The position numbers and the translations under genes are program-made. Under the pieces are notes generated by a model that worked only from the letters and a program-made list of their open reading frames with translations, was not told the DNA's origin and searched no databases. This document shows, one piece after another, positions 55,600 through 64,000 of a stretch of 64,000 nt of DNA. Numbering within the stretch: position 1 is the first letter of the stretch; each line of letters opens with the position of its first letter. The stretch comes from Patescibacteria group bacterium (lineage in GTDB: Bacteria; Patescibacteriota; Minisyncoccia; UBA6257; 2-01-FULL-56-20). The stretch spans positions 3,946 through 67,945 of the forward strand of contig JBBTUL010000011.1 of the NCBI GenBank assembly GCA_038063755.1, given 5' to 3'.

Positions 55600-56145
55600 T
55601 TATAAATCCAGCCTACTCGCGAGCTGTTCTACGTCTCCATCGTTTTCTACCACAACCACCTGATATTCCTTTGCCTCTCGGATCAAATAGTCCTGAATTA
55701 TTCTTACGGCCCTAAAAATTTCTTCCTGAAGATCGCTGTGCTCTCGATGCTTGAAGTATTGGGAGTAATGTTTTTTCTCGTCGGGTGTGACGACAAGGAT
55801 CAACTTTCCATGCGGGGCAACCAATGCAGGGTTAAGAAATGCGGCTTCCATGATTAATTTGTCCGGATATTTTGCCATCTCATTTTCGACATATGGTGCC
55901 ATGCTGTTGCGAACCGCCCGAAGTCCCTTGGTGACATTCTCTTCGGTCAGTTTCCCAAACTCGCGATACGCTTCTTTGGTTCCAACCCACACAAAAGGAT
56001 CCTCTTCCCGGGTTTTTTCTTTTTGAGCCACGACTTCCCGCAAGAAATCAGCTTCAACCAATGGATAGTGAAATTTCTTTTGAAGTTCGAGGCTAAGGGT
56101 GGTCTTTCCCGATCCGGGAGCGCCATAAATTAGGATTTTGTTCAT
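55600..56145 (-). CDS. P-loop nucleotide/small-molecule kinase family protein
   Basis: ILIYGAPGSGKTT, EADFLRE, LIMEA; TATCAT seven nt before the ATG. Confidence 0.75.
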   Translation of the reverse strand: MNKILIYGAPGSGKTTLSLELQKKFHYPLVEADFLREVVAQKEKTREEDPFVWVGTKEAYREFGKLTEENVTKGLRAVRNSMAPYVENEMAKYPDKLIMEAAFLNPALVAPHGKLILVVTPDEKKHYSQYFKHREHSDLQEEIFRAVRIIQDYLIREAKEYQVVVVENDGDVEQLASRLDL

Positions 56146-56219
56146 CGGGTCAATGATAATGGTTAAACGGAACGGCGTTCCCAAAGTGCCGTCAGGATCT
56201 CTCAACTATTCCTGCAAAA

Positions 56220-56750
56220 TTAGATTAAAGAATCAAAAACCACACACTTTAATCGTATCAACCCCTTTTTTATTGTATCGGGGTTTGTTTTTTTGTAATA
56301 ACTGATTTCAGCTCCATATCCTGGATGAACTGCAAATATCGGATGTTTAAAAACCGGTCCAAGTCCCCACTTAGAAATCACAATGTTTCCGCCCTGAAAA
56401 ATACCAGCGTGCTTAATCACTTTATTATTTTTATAAATAATATAATCACCAACAACGGGGCTTGATATCTCTTTAAGTATTTTCCCATCAACCAACTCTT
56501 GAACACGATTTTCAGTTCCCAACAGCGCACGTTCAAAGGATGCGTCATTGTTTAGTCCAAATGCATAAACATAACAATTATGACAAGCATCATTTTTGAT
56601 GGGCAATCGAAAAAGATTTAATCCTTCAGGAAGATGCGGATGTATATTTTTTTTAAATTGGTCGGGATCATTCCAATCACTCGCATTATCATTTCGATAA
56701 TTTGATGCGATCCACCTTCTAAGCAATTTTTCTTTTTCTGTTACATTCAT
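56220..56750 (-). CDS. Hypothetical protein with papain/NlpC-P60-like Cys-His motifs
   Basis: NCYVYAFG, GD.I.Y, KHAGI, ISKWG; visibly AT-rich. Confidence 0.6.
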   Translation of the reverse strand: MNVTEKEKLLRRWIASNYRNDNASDWNDPDQFKKNIHPHLPEGLNLFRLPIKNDACHNCYVYAFGLNNDASFERALLGTENRVQELVDGKILKEISSPVVGDYIIYKNNKVIKHAGIFQGGNIVISKWGLGPVFKHPIFAVHPGYGAEISYYKKTNPDTIKKGLIRLKCVVFDSLI

Positions 56751-56905
56751 TATTTAACAAAGAGGGTCTACCTTACTTTTTACCTTTCCGAAGCATAGGA
56801 GCTGCTAAAACCTGGTTCTTTTGGATATATTAGCCCCGCTATCGCTTCGCTCAGACGGGGCATAAGGCTTTCTAATCGCGGATACCCGATAAGAAAAGCC
56901 TAATG

Positions 56906-56976
56906 CTGGGGGTCAGGGACTCGAACCCCGATACCTGCCTCCAAAGGGCAGTGTCCTACCATTAGACGAACCCCCA
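56906..56976 (-). tRNA. tRNA-Gln(TTG), CCA not encoded
   Basis: Acceptor TGGGGGT/ACCCCCA, anticodon arm CTGCC-CTTTGGA-GGCAG, GGTTCGAGTCC. Confidence 0.95.
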
Positions 56977-57218
56977 ACGTACTTCACTATTAGATCAGTC
57001 TCGACTAGACATCAAGTCTAGGCGGGCGATCCCCCAAACGTCACTAAGCCGTTATATTATTCGCCGAATCACCCGAAAAGGCAACATATGTGCCGAGAGT
57101 TAATATAAGGAAAAGGTAAAAATGTGTTAAAATTTTTCAGTGAACCTCTTTCGGAAAAAACACGAAGGGCGGCGGTTTTTCGGCATTCGAAAAGTTCGGC
57201 ACGAATCCAACATGTTTC

Positions 57219-58190
57219 ATGACAAATAAGTTTTCCTCACTCTTTTCAAATAGGCGATTCTCCCTCTGGCTTGGAGTATTTTGTGCGGTAAGCGTCGTCT
57301 TTTCGTTTTGGCTTCTTATGTTCCGCATTCCAGCCATCCGGCGCGAAGCGCAACAGAGTTTTTACCACCAATATCCGCTCCTCGACCCCGCACGGAACTT
57401 CGTTGCCCAGGATGACTTCATCGTCAATCTTCAACCGCTTCGCGAGGAGCTGCGCGATCTCGTAAAATGGGAGTATCCTCGATCCGTTTCGCTCTATTTC
57501 GAGTTTCTGAACACCGGCGCGAACATCGCGATCAACCAAGACCTGAATGTTTGGCCTGCTTCATTGCCGAAAGTGCCGATGGCGATGGCGGTCTTGAAAA
57601 AAGTCGAGCAAGGGGTTTGGTCAATGGGTCAAAAATTCGAACTTTTGGAGTCCGACAAGGACGCGAACTACGGATCGCTTTTCAACGTGCCCTCGGGAAC
57701 CATTCTTTCGCTCGAGAGACTTTTATCCGAGATGCTTTCACGTTCCGACAATACGGCGTATAAGGTTTTTCTGCGCAATGTCAGCACAAGGGAACTGGAT
57801 GATGTTATTTTGGAGCTCGGGTTGGAAGATCTTTTCACGGAGGACGGGTTGGTGAGTTCAAAAGAGTATTCGCGCCTTTTCCGTTCCATCTACACTTCGA
57901 GCTTCCTCAAGCGTGAATACTCGACCCGTATCCTCGAGTTGCTCGCCAAATCCGACTTCAAGGACTTTCTCGCTTCAGGACTACCATCCGAAATTATATT
58001 CCCGCATAAGTTCGGGATAGACCGGACAAGAGACGCATATCTTGATGCCGGCATCGTTTACGTTCCCGACAGGCCCTACCTCATTACGGTTGCGGTTCAG
58101 GGAGAAGGCGGCCCTGGCGAAGAAGAGAAGGTCCGGGAATTTATGAAAGAGGTTTCTCGAAAGGCCTACGAATACATCTCGGCGCAATAA
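57219..58190 (+). CDS. Membrane-anchored class A beta-lactamase-like serine hydrolase
   Basis: SxxK (ASLPK), SDN, HKFG, DAGIVY; N-terminal TM helix. Confidence 0.85.
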   Translation: MTNKFSSLFSNRRFSLWLGVFCAVSVVFSFWLLMFRIPAIRREAQQSFYHQYPLLDPARNFVAQDDFIVNLQPLREELRDLVKWEYPRSVSLYFEFLNTGANIAINQDLNVWPASLPKVPMAMAVLKKVEQGVWSMGQKFELLESDKDANYGSLFNVPSGTILSLERLLSEMLSRSDNTAYKVFLRNVSTRELDDVILELGLEDLFTEDGLVSSKEYSRLFRSIYTSSFLKREYSTRILELLAKSDFKDFLASGLPSEIIFPHKFGIDRTRDAYLDAGIVYVPDRPYLITVAVQGEGGPGEEEKVREFMKEVSRKAYEYISAQ

Positions 58191-58192
58191 CG

Positions 58193-61100
58193 GTGCCCCA
58201 TGACCACATGAGCATTTTCTGGGAGAAAAACAAAGAGGGAAACATGATCGACGCGTTGGGTCGGAGGAAGAGCCTCTCTTTTATTTTCTCGCTGGGCCGC
58301 CGAAATACCCGTGGTGTGGTTGACCTCCGACTGCCCTTTCGCCGACGATATCCCGTCATAGCCGCATCCCTGCTCCTTGTAACCGTCATAGCCGCTTTCG
58401 GCGCGCGATCACTCCTTACGAAGGCGGAGGTGACCGATTTTCATCCGCTTACGTGTCTCGGGAGCTGGGAACATACATCCCGAGCCGAGGGGAAACCAGA
58501 AGCTCTTAACGATGCCACACTTCTCACGGCGGATGTTTCCGCGATATTTACGCAACCGACGAGCCAAATTTTTTGCGGCAACTTCATTCCTGATGATTTT
58601 AAAGAAGCAGGCACGATAACGAGTGTGGGATTGACCTTTACGTGGAAGATTGAAGGAGGGGATCAAGAGGGAAGTGTTGACCAATCCTCATCGGAAGAAA
58701 CGGTATTGCCTCCGGCAGGCGAAACGAATTTGGAGATGCCGACATCATCGGCACTTCTCGCGCCGAAGATAAAATTCTTCAGAGTTGCAAAAGCCGAGGA
58801 GGTGGTTCCACCGGAGCCGATGCCCGCGCCGGTTGAGACCGTCCCCGAAGAAACCCCGACGCCCACCCCAACCCCAGAGCTGCCTTCACCTTCCCCGGAA
58901 GTTATTCAAGACGGCGTGTCCGAACCGGAGGCGGTTCCTGTCGAAGAAAGCATCGTTCCGGAAAATGACGCTACTCCCGACGCGACATCTGGAGAAGTCC
59001 TCGGAGAATCCCAAGAGGCGGTTCCCGTAACCTCTTCGACGGAGAATGATGCGGGTAATGGTGTCGTGGATGAAAACCAAAACCCGGAAATTCCGTCGTT
59101 TGCTCCTTCCACTCCGCCGTTTCTCCGCGTGAGCTACAGTCTTGACGGTACGAACTGGTTTTCACTCGCCGACGTTTCCAGGGAGATGCTTGCCCAACTT
59201 ACGGTTTCCATTCCGCTTACTTCGTGGAGCGATCTAAAAAAACTTCAGATAGGGATCGAGGGAGTCCCTGCGGCGCTTCCGGTGCTTCCTAGAGTTCTCC
59301 TCGACGGGATGCTTCTCGAGGTGCACTACGAGATACCGCCGCTTTTCACGAACAACGAGCCGGACGAAGATATTGTTCCCGCTCCACAGGGATCGCTTCT
59401 TCCCGTTGTTCCCGTACTGCCTGCCATGGAAGGAGCGAGCACCGGCACTCCGCCTTCTTTCGGAGGAGATGAGTCGCCGAGTTTCGAGCTTGATATGGAT
59501 TCGCTCACGCCTATTCCGGAAAGTGAACTGCCTCCGCTTTCGTTTCACCATCCCGCGACAAGGAACTCTCTTTTTGGAAAAATAGCGAAGTGGTTGGGGG
59601 TCACCGGTTCCGCATTCGCACAGCAAAACGGAGAAACCCCGCCGCCGCTCCCCACGGCAGAAAACCCGATCATCGCGAGAGTTTTTAACCACGGGGACGA
59701 TGAGTTGGATATCCTTCCCCAGGTACTTCTTTCCAACAACCGCCTTAGGGTTAATGTTCCTCAACCGGCGGATCAGTTTGCTCCCGGGAAATATCTCCTC
59801 CGCGTCTGGGTGTGGCGCAACGGGAACATTTATTACACGGAAAACTCGTTTACCTGGGGCGTTCTCGCGATGAATCCGAACAAATTCGTTTATCTTCCGG
59901 GAGAGACATCGAAGATTGGCATCGCGGTTCTCGACGAGGGAGGTGACATGGTCTGCGATGCCAATGTCCGGCTCGAGATCACCACGCCCTCCAGCACGGT
60001 GCGCACGCGCGCGACGAGTGACGGAAGTATTGTCGTGAACGAGGAATGTAATCTCAAGGGATTTACGGAGAGACCGGACTACGAAACCGATTATCAAGTA
60101 GAAGAGCCGGGTATCTATCAGACGAGGCTTACGGCGACAACGGAGAACGGAACGCATACCATATACGATTCATTCGAAGTGCGTGAGTCAGTTTCATTCG
60201 ATATCGAGCGAAAATCGGCCACGCGCATTTACCCTCCCACACCGTATCCCGTCCGCATTGCGATCAAGACAACAGAGGCGTTTTCCGGAGATATCGAAGA
60301 GCGCGTACCGCTCTCCTTCGAGGTGAAGCACATATCCCACGGAGGACAAGTTGTCCGCCGGAACGAGGACCAGGTTATTCGATGGGCGGTCGATCTCCCT
60401 GCGGGAGGAACAATCGAGCTTCTGTACGATTATCTTGCTCCCGAAGTAAGTCCCCAGTTCTACCTTCTCGGCCCCCTTCGGGTCGGTACTTTCTCCGAGA
60501 CCCGGCGTTGGCAGATCGCCGCCGACGCGATCGCTTCAAACTCGGCGAGGACGTTCTACAGCGTTACCAATAATGCGGGAAGACTCATGTGGGCTACGGG
60601 AGCATCGAATTCAACGGGAGCCGAAATCGCCGGTCCGGTCGGAACGGCTGCCACCTCCTCTTTTGTGAAAGCGGCACATGGACCGACCAGGGACGAGATT
60701 TTGGCCGGAATGATAAAACGTGATGGACTGCTTGCATTGTCGCTCGTTATCGGAAACCAGGATGCCGCAGGGGATGCGGTGCTTCAGTTTGATCAGGCAA
60801 GCGTCACTTCGGCTCAAGCATGCGATGCGGTGACATTCGGTTCCTGTTGGCGCGCATTTGATATCGCTTACGAACAACTATCGGGAGAGGGAATGGTCGC
60901 ATTTGCGAGCACGACGGCATCGCGGCTCGCGTATCGTACCTGGGACGGTACAAATTGGTCTCCGGCGACAACGAGCGCTCCGAGCGTTGTGAATATGGGG
61001 GGTACCGGCGCAATCCGGTGGGTAAGGCTTATTCCAAGAGGGGAAATGCTCAAAGGAAGCCGCTCGGACGAAATACTTGTTATCACTTCGGATGCCAACT

Positions 61101-63316
61101 CCGATATCTTCGCAGGTATTTGGAATGGTTCGGCATGGACCGCCACAACAACCATCACCGCCGCCGCCTCGACGTTCCACACACAGAATTTTGACGGAGC
61201 ATGGGAGGAATCCTCCGGAGACGCGATGGTTGTCTGGGCGGAGGGAACAGCGGCGACCACCACTCCGTATCGATACAAGAAATGGACGCGATCCTCGACG
61301 ACATGGGCTTCTTCGGGGTTGCCCCTGCCGGCGATGGGAGCATCGCATATCGGACACTGGGTTGCGGCAAAGGCGGCGCCTATCGCGGGCAAAAATCATA
61401 TTGCGGTTATTACAAGCTCGGCGACCGCCGTCGGGAATAATTGCGGCACCGGAACCAACTGCCGAGCTCAACCATTTATTTGGGACGGTTCAGGTTTTAC
61501 GATGGGAAACGAATGGACGTCGCAAGAACCCGTCTGGCAACAAGCCGTGAACGTTGCGGTTGAATCGGTGAATACAAACGTACAGGTCTTTTACGCATCT
61601 TCTATTGCGCAGAGCACCACCGTTGTAAGTTCCTATGAAACATGGATAGAAGGAACGGGATTTTCCGCCGTAACCACTCTTGCCGGGTCAATGGGAGATG
61701 ATCTTGCGGGGGTACAAACGACGGCGCACCCGAATTCCACCGAAGTGTTTGTGACGGTTGAAGATGTTGATGCCGACTGTAACGGCATTGCGTGGAACGG
61801 GGCGACGACGACGGCCGCATGGGATATAACGGGGTGTAACTCCGCCGGAGAGACCGCGCTTGCTCCTCTGTCTCACACGGCGCAACCGAGCGAAGGATCC
61901 GCATTTTGGGTGGTAGCGAAGCCCTACTCGCCATGGCAGAGGAACTGGCGTTTCTACGGAGACATTACGGAAAACGACCCGGACAACACTGCGGACGTCT
62001 TGGGGACGAGCGAAAACGGATCCCCGGCGATTTCCCAGGAAGGATTCGCCCGGCTCCGAATGCAGTTTGTGGAATTAACGAACATTGCCCAGACCGATGC
62101 CCGAAAGAAGATCCAATGGACCACGGAAAACCCGGACTATTCGACATCCACCTGGACCGACGTGGGAGATACGTCGGAAACAGGAGCGGTGTGGAGATAT
62201 GCGACAGCGGCGGAAACATGCGCCAACTGTAGTGACAACACCACAATCGGAGCGACTCGTCTTACGGGAAGTTCGCAGTCCGGTACTTATATTTCGGACA
62301 AGGACGCGGCTGCGGGAACAGGAATGGATCACACTGCGCTTGCGCTCTCGGAATACGATTATCCGATTAAGGCGGAAAACGCAACCTCGGGTACCACATA
62401 CTATTTCCGCGCGTACGACAACGACCAGCTCACTCCCGTCTTTCGGGAGCAGGACAGCGACGGATCCAACGACTGCTCAAGCGCGGCATGTGTGTATCCA
62501 AGCGCCACCGTTCAAGCGCCAGCCAATAACCTTCCGACACTTTCCGCGCTCTTACTAAACGGAGGGTCGGCTATCACTGTTATAGAAAATACCTCGACTT
62601 CAATTGCGGTTACGGGTACTGCCACGGATCTCGATGGAAACGCGGACATTTCTTTCGCGACGGGAACCATCTACCGGTCGGGAGTCGGCGGGGGAGCCTC
62701 ATGCACGAGCAACGAGAATAATTGTTATCGCGTCGCATCCTCTTCATGTGCCAAATCAAACTGTTCGGGAAACAGTTGTGATTTCACCTGCACCGCGAAG
62801 ATACAGTATTTTGCGGACCCTACCGACTCGGGAGCGTTCTCTGCGGAAAACTGGCTTGGACAAATCACTGCGACGGATGCCGCGGGAGCGACGGGAGTTT
62901 CGACAACCGTCTCCGGTGTCGAACTCAACACGCTTTTTTCGCTGAATATCACCAATTCAATTAATTTCGGAAGTCTCCTGCCGGGAGGGGATAGCGGTGC
63001 CGTAAATCAGATTGCAACAACCACGAACACCGGGAATGCGGCGATCGATGTCGAATTCTCCGGGACAAATATGGTTTTCGGCGCGAATACCATCGCCGTA
63101 GGAAATGAAAGATACGCGACAAGCACCTTCACCTATTCGAGTTGTACGGTTTGTACCGCTCTTACCACCATTGCCACCGCCTACGAACTTGATCTTGCGA
63201 AACCTACCTCGACGGCTGTTGTGGAAGACACCGTTTTTTGGGGGTTAAGCGTACCGAACGGGAACCCGCCGGGAAGCTATACCGGTACGAGCACGTTTAC
63301 CGCGGTGACGGACTAA
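58193..63316 (+). CDS. Very large multidomain surface protein, 1707 aa (start may be ATG 58244)
   Basis: N-terminal hydrophobic segment, Pro/Glu-rich linker, Ig-like domains, WDG..W propeller-like region, Cys-containing C-terminal domain ending G.Y.G..TFTA. Confidence 0.85.
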   Translation: MPHDHMSIFWEKNKEGNMIDALGRRKSLSFIFSLGRRNTRGVVDLRLPFRRRYPVIAASLLLVTVIAAFGARSLLTKAEVTDFHPLTCLGSWEHTSRAEGKPEALNDATLLTADVSAIFTQPTSQIFCGNFIPDDFKEAGTITSVGLTFTWKIEGGDQEGSVDQSSSEETVLPPAGETNLEMPTSSALLAPKIKFFRVAKAEEVVPPEPMPAPVETVPEETPTPTPTPELPSPSPEVIQDGVSEPEAVPVEESIVPENDATPDATSGEVLGESQEAVPVTSSTENDAGNGVVDENQNPEIPSFAPSTPPFLRVSYSLDGTNWFSLADVSREMLAQLTVSIPLTSWSDLKKLQIGIEGVPAALPVLPRVLLDGMLLEVHYEIPPLFTNNEPDEDIVPAPQGSLLPVVPVLPAMEGASTGTPPSFGGDESPSFELDMDSLTPIPESELPPLSFHHPATRNSLFGKIAKWLGVTGSAFAQQNGETPPPLPTAENPIIARVFNHGDDELDILPQVLLSNNRLRVNVPQPADQFAPGKYLLRVWVWRNGNIYYTENSFTWGVLAMNPNKFVYLPGETSKIGIAVLDEGGDMVCDANVRLEITTPSSTVRTRATSDGSIVVNEECNLKGFTERPDYETDYQVEEPGIYQTRLTATTENGTHTIYDSFEVRESVSFDIERKSATRIYPPTPYPVRIAIKTTEAFSGDIEERVPLSFEVKHISHGGQVVRRNEDQVIRWAVDLPAGGTIELLYDYLAPEVSPQFYLLGPLRVGTFSETRRWQIAADAIASNSARTFYSVTNNAGRLMWATGASNSTGAEIAGPVGTAATSSFVKAAHGPTRDEILAGMIKRDGLLALSLVIGNQDAAGDAVLQFDQASVTSAQACDAVTFGSCWRAFDIAYEQLSGEGMVAFASTTASRLAYRTWDGTNWSPATTSAPSVVNMGGTGAIRWVRLIPRGEMLKGSRSDEILVITSDANSDIFAGIWNGSAWTATTTITAAASTFHTQNFDGAWEESSGDAMVVWAEGTAATTTPYRYKKWTRSSTTWASSGLPLPAMGASHIGHWVAAKAAPIAGKNHIAVITSSATAVGNNCGTGTNCRAQPFIWDGSGFTMGNEWTSQEPVWQQAVNVAVESVNTNVQVFYASSIAQSTTVVSSYETWIEGTGFSAVTTLAGSMGDDLAGVQTTAHPNSTEVFVTVEDVDADCNGIAWNGATTTAAWDITGCNSAGETALAPLSHTAQPSEGSAFWVVAKPYSPWQRNWRFYGDITENDPDNTADVLGTSENGSPAISQEGFARLRMQFVELTNIAQTDARKKIQWTTENPDYSTSTWTDVGDTSETGAVWRYATAAETCANCSDNTTIGATRLTGSSQSGTYISDKDAAAGTGMDHTALALSEYDYPIKAENATSGTTYYFRAYDNDQLTPVFREQDSDGSNDCSSAACVYPSATVQAPANNLPTLSALLLNGGSAITVIENTSTSIAVTGTATDLDGNADISFATGTIYRSGVGGGASCTSNENNCYRVASSSCAKSNCSGNSCDFTCTAKIQYFADPTDSGAFSAENWLGQITATDAAGATGVSTTVSGVELNTLFSLNITNSINFGSLLPGGDSGAVNQIATTTNTGNAAIDVEFSGTNMVFGANTIAVGNERYATSTFTYSSCTVCTALTTIATAYELDLAKPTSTAVVEDTVFWGLSVPNGNPPGSYTGTSTFTAVTD

Positions 63317-63403
63317 TGGGGAATTGTGCACATGTGGGCGCTTTCCGCCTCAAGGCATCTCTGATACAATGGAACCGAGGGGGAAAAATAAAAACTTTAT
63401 AAA

Positions 63404-64000
63404 ATGAACCCAATATTCAAGATATACGCGGTGTCAGTTGTGATGGCGCTCGGCATTCTTGGTGCGTTCGGAGCACTTCAATTTGTACTTGCGGACGGAT
63501 CAAGCACCGCAGTAGTCGTCCAGAACGCCGCTCCCTCGGTGAGTGCCGTTGATTTGACGGCGAATCCGATTACCCTTACCGAGAATACTTCTACGACCGT
63601 TACTATTACGGCGACCGTGACCGATTCGAACGGTTGCGACGACGTATTTACGAGCGGCACCATTCTTGCGACAGTCTATCGATCCGGGCTCGCGGCGACT
63701 TCCTCATGCTCGGCGGATGAAAATAACTGCTACAGAAACGTTCCTCTTGCGGAAGTGGGGAATACTTGCACGGGAGGGAGCGATACGACAGGAGACGCGT
63801 CGGGAACGATCCCGCTTTGGTATTTCGCCGAGGCAACGGATGCAAGCTCGACCTATCCCACCGAGACCTGGCAGGTTGCGGTTACCGCGCGCGATGCGAC
63901 GGGAGACTCCGGAACTTCAACCGACAGCACTCCTCCGGAGCTTAATTCGCTCTATGCCTTGAACGTCACGTCCGCCATCAACTTTGGAACAGTTCCGCCG
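63404..64000 (+). CDS. Secreted protein paralogous to the C-terminal domain of the 1707-aa protein (3' truncated; not in ORF track)
   Basis: Manual translation MNPIFKIYAVSVVMALGILGAFGALQFVLADGSSTAVVVQNAAPSV...ITLTENTSTTV...YRSG...C...ENNCY...YFA..TD...ELNSLYALNVTSAINFG; open to the window end. Confidence 0.85.
   Translation, partial: MNPIFKIYAVSVVMALGILGAFGALQFVLADGSSTAVVVQNAAPSVSAVDLTANPITLTENTSTTVTITATVTDSNGCDDVFTSGTILATVYRSGLAATSSCSADENNCYRNVPLAEVGNTCTGGSDTTGDASGTIPLWYFAEATDASSTYPTETWQVAVTARDATGDSGTSTDSTPPELNSLYALNVTSAINFGTVPP

Noticed and set aside
57219-58190. Antibiotic-resistance beta-lactamase
   Set aside because: Membrane anchored, KFG instead of KTG and no recognisable omega-loop Glu166 motif; more likely a cell-wall serine hydrolase.
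58790-59110. Pro/Glu/Thr-rich segment as a DNA tandem repeat or contingency locus
   Set aside because: It is a low-complexity protein linker with no exact nucleotide repeat unit.
1-64000. CRISPR array, rRNA, transposase/integrase or prophage structural genes
   Set aside because: No regularly spaced repeats, rRNA signatures or recognisable recombinase, capsid or terminase motifs were seen.
1-64000. Alternative genetic code (TGA = Gly)
   Set aside because: Well-supported genes such as nrdJ and the NUDIX at 44434 end cleanly at TGA, and long ORFs are intact under code 11.

Overview
A 64-kb bacterial chromosomal segment using genetic code 11 (TGA is a stop). Gene content and style point to Patescibacteria/CPR, Parcubacteria-like (inference): alpha2-type GlyRS, short EF-Ts, truncated UvrC and RecO, DUF5671-like protein, HTH-MurA, CPR-type pilins and large surface proteins. 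The housekeeping backbone comprises uvrA, uvrC, glmS, typA, tsaC, rpsP, khpA, efp, mnmA, rpsB, tsf, recO, glyQS, murA, mreB, a holB-like gene, frr, rseP, nrdJ, dus, tRNA-Tyr(GTA) and tRNA-Gln(TTG). Five accessory blocks interrupt it. (1) 10.6-18.3 kb: four separately promoted, SD-led genes encoding a tandem (degenerate + intact) calcineurin-like phosphoesterase, a three-repeat ~12-TM membrane protein, a HAD hydrolase, and a chimeric ATPase with two Lon-type N-domains on one Clp D2 AAA+ module. (2) nrdJ-cobO-ECF S-component, a probable B12 scavenging unit. (3) 42.8-45.6 kb: an operon of nucleotide-acting enzymes (degenerate cytidylyltransferase-deaminase fusion, histidine phosphatase, NUDIX, Pol-beta-like nucleotidyltransferase). 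(4) A type IV pilus locus in which one minor pilin appears split by an inserted secreted-protein gene. (5) A 1707-aa surface protein whose C-terminal domain is repeated as the next gene, a candidate fibre system. Many core genes look leaderless (TANNNT 6-8 nt before ATG). A 15-bp perfect inverted repeat abuts the HTH-MurA start, and a candidate sRNA follows tRNA-Tyr. No CRISPR array, rRNA or transposase was seen. All family calls come from motif recognition by eye, not database searches.
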